A stretch of 52,961 nt of DNA from a virus (taxonomy: Duplodnaviria > Caudoviricetes): the IMG/VR virus record IMGVR_UViG_3300042558_001390, positions 1-52,961 of that record. The stretch is one strand, 5' to 3'. The number at the start of each line of letters is the position of its first letter. Within the stretch, counting starts at the first letter, position 1. The position numbers and the translations under genes were made by a program. Shown piece by piece: positions 47,937 through 52,961 of this stretch. The notes under the pieces were generated by a model that did no database searches, was not told the DNA's origin, and was given only the letters and a program-made list of their open reading frames with translations.

Positions 47937-50150
47937 TTAAAATTCTCTTAAAAAAGAATATTGATGAAAAATATTGTCAGTAGAAACATTTAACTGTGCT
48001 GTAACAATCCAATAGTATCCGTTTGTTGGATTGTATGAATAATCCTGTTTAATTGCTGTAGTAGTAGTTGATGTAGGACTGGATGCTGTAATTGATATAC
48101 CAGATAATAAATTATTTTTTAATAACATATATCTATCTAACTGCAAAAAACCTGTGTTAGCGCTAATAGTAAATACAGCAATATTGGTTGCTCCAACCAG
48201 ACTATTACTTGTATTAACATAAACTCTGTAACTAGCTATACCTGTTCTCACGTTTCTGTAAATCATACTATTAAAATACACAATGCTATCATTTGTAAGA
48301 CTATTGGCTGGTGCAAAGTTAGATGATATAACAGTTTCTATTGACGTACCTGTTACAGAATTGTTTATAGTATTTAGAAATATATTTTGGGGTTTATTCT
48401 CCCAAATATTTAAGGTTGAATTGTAAACTAATCTATCATTGTTCTGTGGAGATGTAATCTTTACGTTATGTAGTTCGTCAAGCTCCCAACCGTTCATAAT
48501 TTTAACGTAAATCTTGCCGTGAACTGCGTGAGCATATTCCACATACCCAATAATTACAATATGTCCGGGTGCAGTAGGTTTTACTTTAGTTAATGCTCCA
48601 GGAGTAGTAGGAGATAAATAAATAACATCACCATCATTCCAAGTTTCTCCTTGTAGTGATCCTGTTGTGTTTATACCTTCTAATTGACCTACAGTTAATA
48701 TGAATCCTTCTTGGTTAGTTGGTATTGTTTCACAAACTAATCCGATTGTATCTGCACTATTATTATCGTTGTTTGCTTGAGCGTATGCAACAGCAAGTCT
48801 TTGTCCTTGAGCACCACTTATTCTTACAGCTTGATAAGCTGCTTTTGTCAATGTAGCATTTGGCGTAACCTTATTAACCACCCTTGCAACTAAATCTACT
48901 CCATTTTTTAAAATAACACTACCTCCTTTTAATAATGTTTGAGAACTACCTATAGTATTGTTCCATTGAGTTGTTCCTATAGAAGCAACTCCCGTTGGCG
49001 TAGTATCCAAAGTCATTTGACCTGCTTTTACTTCATATTCTCCTAAATCAAGATTAGTAGTAGCTCCTGTATACGGAACATATCCTGATAGAGAAGGTAT
49101 ATTAGAAATCAAAGCAATAGTCCCTGAGGCATTAGGAAACTGAAAATTTCTTGTACTTGTTAATAAAGCCGAAGAAAAATTAGCAGCAATAGCTCCTGTG
49201 CCATTATATAATGAAAACTCAGAGTAACCAACTGTAAAAATATTACTACCAAGATTATTTTTAAATAAAAACATCTCATCATTAGCAACTATTCCATAAT
49301 ATTCTAAAATAGATGAGTCATAAAGTCCTATTCCACCGACAAACGCACTAAGCTCAGAATAATTTCCTTCATTAAGAACTTCATCTAATGTAGGTACAGT
49401 AGCACTTCCTCCTGAGTAATTAGGAATATTTAAAGTACTACCAATAAGAGTAGCAGGTCCTGAACTACCAACAGTAGTTAATTCAATTTCATCTGGTATA
49501 TCTTGCAAATACGCTACAGTACCTGATGTATCTTGAAAAAAAGCAGTATGATTATTTGATAAAGTAGTTGGTTTTTTAATATTAAAAGAATAAAGAGAAG
49601 TTGAATCTATTAACGATATAGTATTTTGAAAAATATGAACATACTGTTTTCCTAAATCATCTGTAAAAATAAATCTTCTATTTTTTACTGATATAAATGA
49701 ATAAACAGTAAACATTTCATCAAATAAATATATCCTACCAACTTTAGCAAATCTCTGAGAGGTATCTCCTTCTGCAAGAACCTCATCTAATGTAGGATAT
49801 ACAATAGGCAAATCAACCCAGTTGACACCGCCAGCGGCTTTACTTAGAAATTGAAATGTAGTTCCTTGACTACCAAGTACGTCCTCAATTTCATCAGGCT
49901 TTATAACAGATGTTGTTATAGTACCTGTCAATGTAATGTTTTGAGTAGCAGTATTTCCTGTATCTAAAACAGCCTGCAATGATGCAGCAGGAAATTCAGA
50001 GGAGAATAATTGTAGTAATTCTCCTAATGAAAAGTTTTTAGTAGCAAGCGGTGTTGCAGATGGAGTTGGTCGAGGAGCCTCTGTACCTATCAGCCTATCG
50101 CTTAATTGTAACGGCTCATCAGCTAATGAGTAACTAGATATTTTCGACAT
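47937..50150 (-). CDS. Tail fibre / receptor-binding protein
   Basis: Repeats SLQAVLDTGN, TLDEVLAEG, TLDEVLNEG; YVPYTGAT; ELDELHNVKITSPQNND. Confidence 0.75.
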   Translation of the reverse strand: MSKISSYSLADEPLQLSDRLIGTEAPRPTPSATPLATKNFSLGELLQLFSSEFPAASLQAVLDTGNTATQNITLTGTITTSVIKPDEIEDVLGSQGTTFQFLSKAAGGVNWVDLPIVYPTLDEVLAEGDTSQRFAKVGRIYLFDEMFTVYSFISVKNRRFIFTDDLGKQYVHIFQNTISLIDSTSLYSFNIKKPTTLSNNHTAFFQDTSGTVAYLQDIPDEIELTTVGSSGPATLIGSTLNIPNYSGGSATVPTLDEVLNEGNYSELSAFVGGIGLYDSSILEYYGIVANDEMFLFKNNLGSNIFTVGYSEFSLYNGTGAIAANFSSALLTSTRNFQFPNASGTIALISNIPSLSGYVPYTGATTNLDLGEYEVKAGQMTLDTTPTGVASIGTTQWNNTIGSSQTLLKGGSVILKNGVDLVARVVNKVTPNATLTKAAYQAVRISGAQGQRLAVAYAQANNDNNSADTIGLVCETIPTNQEGFILTVGQLEGINTTGSLQGETWNDGDVIYLSPTTPGALTKVKPTAPGHIVIIGYVEYAHAVHGKIYVKIMNGWELDELHNVKITSPQNNDRLVYNSTLNIWENKPQNIFLNTINNSVTGTSIETVISSNFAPANSLTNDSIVYFNSMIYRNVRTGIASYRVYVNTSNSLVGATNIAVFTISANTGFLQLDRYMLLKNNLLSGISITASSPTSTTTTAIKQDYSYNPTNGYYWIVTAQLNVSTDNIFHQYSFLREF

Positions 50151-50167
50151 TATATGTTTTTTAAATT

Positions 50168-50401
50168 TTAAACAACAACTCTAACCTCGCCAGCAGACGT
50201 TTTGTATAAATCGCCAACAGCTAGACCACCTGATATAGCAGCAGCATTATTAGCAAAAGGTAAAAGAGTACTTCCTATAAGAGAAATAATATCTGATAAC
50301 TTAAAGTTTTTTGTCGCATTATTATTTACTATATCTGTACCTATCAAGACATCATCAAGAGAAGGAACGGATATTGCAGGATATGAACTAATCTTTGCCA
50401 T
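50168..50401 (-). CDS. Small fibre-related structural protein
   Basis: N-terminus paralogous to tail fibre; FANNAAAISGGLAVGDLYKT. Confidence 0.7.
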   Translation of the reverse strand: MAKISSYPAISVPSLDDVLIGTDIVNNNATKNFKLSDIISLIGSTLLPFANNAAAISGGLAVGDLYKTSAGEVRVVV

Positions 50402-50406
50402 ACTTA

Positions 50407-50664
50407 TTATTTTTTTGTTAATTCTCCTGTTTGAATATTAATAACAGCATCAGCTCCGTATTTATTAATTAATAATTGTTCGTGCGCAGAAAAATTAACT
50501 TTTAGTTCTTCAATATGACGTAAAATGTTTTGCTTTTGCATTTCAATATCTCCAATAGCCAATTTTGCTTTATTAAACTCTGCGTTTAATTCATTAATTA
50601 AAGCAAGCTCTTCTTGCGTTACTGATTGAACTTGATCCTGTGTAAATTTGTTTTTGTTTTCCAT
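50407..50664 (-). CDS. Small coiled-coil protein
   Basis: 85 aa ending KYG..VINIQTGE. Confidence 0.7.
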   Translation of the reverse strand: MENKNKFTQDQVQSVTQEELALINELNAEFNKAKLAIGDIEMQKQNILRHIEELKVNFSAHEQLLINKYGADAVINIQTGELTKK

Positions 50665-50683
50665 TTTATTTAATTTAGTTATG

Positions 50684-50691
50684 CAAATATA
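50684..50691 (-). promoter_or_regulatory. Bacteroidota-type -7 element (TATATTTG on - strand)
   Basis: CAAATATA on + strand 19 nt from ATG 50664. Confidence 0.6.
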
Positions 50692-50713
50692 TTAATTTTA
50701 TTCGTTATTTATT

Positions 50714-51181
50714 TTAAAACAACTTATATTCAAAAATTAACCCATACATTGATGGATTATTCTGTTGTATAAAGTACTGACCTCCTATACTAAACTTAGG
50801 AAACTCTAACAATAGGGTTCCATATAAATACGGATTGACTAATGTAACATTTATAGTTTGAACTCCTAAATAACCATGTAGCTCAGGTTTTTTCCACCAA
50901 CCAATAGCTTTATCTTGAATAGTAATGATTTCGTCTTTCTTAGAAAGAATACTATCTTTTATTGCTATAATTGAATATAACTCAGTATTTTGTTTTTTTA
51001 AAACATCATTTTTTTCTTGAGCAAGCACTAAAAGTTGTTTACAAACATCTCCTTTTATAAGATCTTTTACAACTTCTCTACCAATTTTTTCATCTAATAC
51101 TATCTTTTTTATTGTATCTGTTTGTGAAATACTTTTGAAGCTCACTAACAGACATAGTATCAATAACCTTAATTGTGTCAT
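50714..51181 (-). CDS. Secreted coiled-coil protein of the lysis module (spanin-like)
   Basis: Signal peptide, coiled coil, C-terminal beta strands ending YKLF; overlaps upstream gene. Confidence 0.5.
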   Translation of the reverse strand: MTQLRLLILCLLVSFKSISQTDTIKKIVLDEKIGREVVKDLIKGDVCKQLLVLAQEKNDVLKKQNTELYSIIAIKDSILSKKDEIITIQDKAIGWWKKPELHGYLGVQTINVTLVNPYLYGTLLLEFPKFSIGGQYFIQQNNPSMYGLIFEYKLF

Positions 51182-51443
51182 GTTGTATTTGTATTAATGT
51201 TTTTTCTTTTTCAATTATAGTGCTTTCGCTAACTTTTAAACTGTCAAGTTTACTCCAATGCAATAATTCTTTTTGCTCTAATAATTCAATGTCTTTTTCA
51301 AGTTTTTGTTTTTCTTTTTTCAATTCATTATTTTTTCCTATTCCATACAATAGAAATAGAACAAATAACACAATTAGAAAACTACCCAACCATTGTTGTT
51401 TTATAAACTTACTTATATGGTACATAGCTTGTTTTTCCTCCAA
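51090..51443 (-). CDS. Inner-membrane spanin-like protein
   Basis: N-terminal TM plus coiled coil immediately after endolysin. Confidence 0.55.
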   Translation of the reverse strand: MEEKQAMYHISKFIKQQWLGSFLIVLFVLFLLYGIGKNNELKKEKQKLEKDIELLEQKELLHWSKLDSLKVSESTIIEKEKTLIQIQHDTIKVIDTMSVSELQKYFTNRYNKKDSIR

Positions 51444-51870
51444 CTTTTACAGCTTTTAGAATTTGCTTTCTTTGTTTACCTGTTGACTCATAAGATACAT
51501 GAACCCAATCAGGATTTTTATCAGTACCAAATTCCCAAATCATTTGATCAAAGTTTAAGTTCTCTTTAATGAAATTAAATACTTGTGCATTAGTTATTGA
51601 TGTGCCATCCATATCGATGTCAATTGCTTCACCCTGGCAATGCTGCGAGGATAAACTACCTCCAATAGCAGTATTAAGAGCCTTGCTTCTGTAACCTGAT
51701 GAGATATGAATAGGAACCCCAAAGTGTTCTCTAATTGGCTGGAATATATTCTCAGCTAACTTTTTAAAATTTTCAATATGTTCAGGAGTTGGCATATTGC
51801 TAATTCCTTTTCTCTTTGCAGTTTCACTTCTTGTAACTTCTGCTAGCGCTAAATTTTTACTCAGTTGCAT
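51409..51870 (-). CDS. Endolysin, peptidase M15A family
   Basis: ISSGYRS, SQHCQGEAID, WVHVSY. Confidence 0.9.
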   Translation of the reverse strand: MQLSKNLALAEVTRSETAKRKGISNMPTPEHIENFKKLAENIFQPIREHFGVPIHISSGYRSKALNTAIGGSLSSQHCQGEAIDIDMDGTSITNAQVFNFIKENLNFDQMIWEFGTDKNPDWVHVSYESTGKQRKQILKAVKVGGKTSYVPYK

Positions 51871-52108
51871 CTTTTTCTTGTTTTTTGTTATTAAAAATTT
51901 TACCTGCTGTAGCTATACCAAAAGCTACCGATGTTAGCATTAAGAAACCATTGAAAATAAATTCTTCAACTACTAACTTGACACCCCATATTCCTGTAAC
52001 TATATCTACAAAAAATGCAAGTACCATCATAAAAAAAGAAATAACACCAACGAATGATTTTTCATTTATGTTATTGTTATCACTAATTAATTCTCTCCAA
52101 AATCCCAT
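51857..52108 (-). CDS. Putative holin
   Basis: 83 aa, two TM helices, basic C-terminus, precedes endolysin. Confidence 0.65.
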   Translation of the reverse strand: MGFWRELISDNNNINEKSFVGVISFFMMVLAFFVDIVTGIWGVKLVVEEFIFNGFLMLTSVAFGIATAGKIFNNKKQEKDATE

Positions 52109-52110
52109 AA

Positions 52111-52961
52111 CTAAGTTGTTTTATTATTATTACTATTTTCTTGTGTGGCATATTTAATACCCATAATTGTACCTACTATTGAAAATGCATTAGTTAATAA
52201 TACACTAAACATGTTACTCCAAGTTGATCCAATTATTTGAGTTTCTTTATTTAATACAATAGCCATCCAGTATAATGCAGTTGTTACAATACCAACTCCT
52301 ATTATAACTGCTAAAGCACACTTAACAATTACTTTTATTAACTCACTTTGACTTTTCTTCATCATTACATCTAAGTCATTTAAAGCTGCATCTTTCTCTA
52401 TCTCTATTGCATTTTTAAGTTTTTGAGAGTTATCAAGTTCTATTTGTAAATTCTTTGAAAGATCCTCTATCTTCTTCTCATTGTTTACAGCTTCAGTAAC
52501 ATCAGTTGCAATCTTAACTACGTCAGTGATATTTCCTTTACTGTCTAAAACAGGATTATAAGATGCTTGTAAGTAAACAGTAGAACCATCTACTTTTCTT
52601 CTTTCAAATATTCCATCAAAGTATTTTCCTTTTCTTAAACTTTCCCAAAACTTAGTATACTCATCAGACTTAGAATACTCATAACTTACAAAAACACTGT
52701 GATGTTTACCAATGACTTTAGTTTGATCATTAGCTTTATAACCCATTGTTTCTAAGAATACAGAATTTACTTCTGTTATAAACCCATCAATGTTAAAATT
52801 GATAAGAGCTGTACTTCTGTTGATTGCGTCTATTTGTTTTTTGCTATTGACAATTAAACTAATGTCAGTAGCAATCTTCATTACTTTAGTAATCTTACCA
52901 TCCTCATTAAAGATAGGATTGTAAGTTGCTTGAAGATTGATAAGACTTCCATCCTTTCTTC
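52111..52961 (-). CDS. Tandem PAS/PAC protein with coiled coil and two C-terminal TM helices; N-terminus outside window
   Basis: Frame open to window edge (RKDGSLINLQATYNPIFNEDGKITKVMKIATDI), then a full PAS-PAC (N..FLETMGY, GKHHSVFV, FWESL, LQASYNPV, KIATDVT). Confidence 0.85.
   Translation of the reverse strand, partial: RKDGSLINLQATYNPIFNEDGKITKVMKIATDISLIVNSKKQIDAINRSTALINFNIDGFITEVNSVFLETMGYKANDQTKVIGKHHSVFVSYEYSKSDEYTKFWESLRKGKYFDGIFERRKVDGSTVYLQASYNPVLDSKGNITDVVKIATDVTEAVNNEKKIEDLSKNLQIELDNSQKLKNAIEIEKDAALNDLDVMMKKSQSELIKVIVKCALAVIIGVGIVTTALYWMAIVLNKETQIIGSTWSNMFSVLLTNAFSIVGTIMGIKYATQENSNNNKTT

Larger units (their letters stand above)
1..52961. mobile_element. Tailed dsDNA phage genome fragment (podovirus-like, probable Bacteroidota/Flavobacterium host)
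   Basis: Terminase-portal-scaffold-capsid-tail-ejection gene block on - strand, replication block on + strand, dense small ORFs, no host housekeeping genes, several TAnnTTTG promoter motifs. Confidence 0.95.

Noticed and set aside
47937-50150. Diversity-generating retroelement targeting the tail fibre
   Set aside because: No reverse transcriptase and no long template/variable repeat pair with adenine-specific differences seen
21563-52157. Plus-strand ORFs in the right arm (e.g. 26728..27096, 35185..35466, 51885..52157)
   Set aside because: Antisense shadows of structural genes
1-52961. Stop-codon reassignment as in some crAss-like phages
   Set aside because: Long genes are intact under the standard bacterial code and TAA, TAG and TGA all end plausible genes

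Overview
A 53 kb piece of an AT-rich tailed dsDNA phage genome, most likely a podovirus of Bacteroidota (Flavobacterium-like host, inferred from repeated TAnnTTTG promoter motifs, a BT4734/VirE-N primase and a crAss-like morphogenesis gene order). The + strand (1-18.4 kb) carries early and replication genes: amidoligase plus class II glutamine amidotransferase, HNH, MazG, two stand-alone DnaA domain IV proteins, Sak-like annealase, exonuclease, SSB-like protein, primase-helicase, SF2 helicase and VRR-NUC. The - strand (18.4-53 kb) carries lysis genes, tail fibre, terminase, portal, scaffold, major capsid, tail proteins, ejection proteins and a 2511 aa polyvalent protein. I see no DNA polymerase, RNA polymerase, integrase, reverse transcriptase, tRNA or CRISPR. 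The strongest unexplained signal is an integron-like gene-cassette array at 15.59-17.12 kb: four TAAC...GTTA hairpins delimit three cassettes, each with its own 15-bp end-to-end complementarity and a G.T pair at the same position, with no recombinase in the window. Other notable signals are a 43 aa basic ORF overprinted inside the giant gene whose start and stop coincide with direct repeats bounding in-frame modules, a T4 gene 32-like H-type pseudoknot before the SSB-like gene, and a tandem-PAS membrane protein next to the holin. All product calls come from motif recognition by eye; no searches were run.
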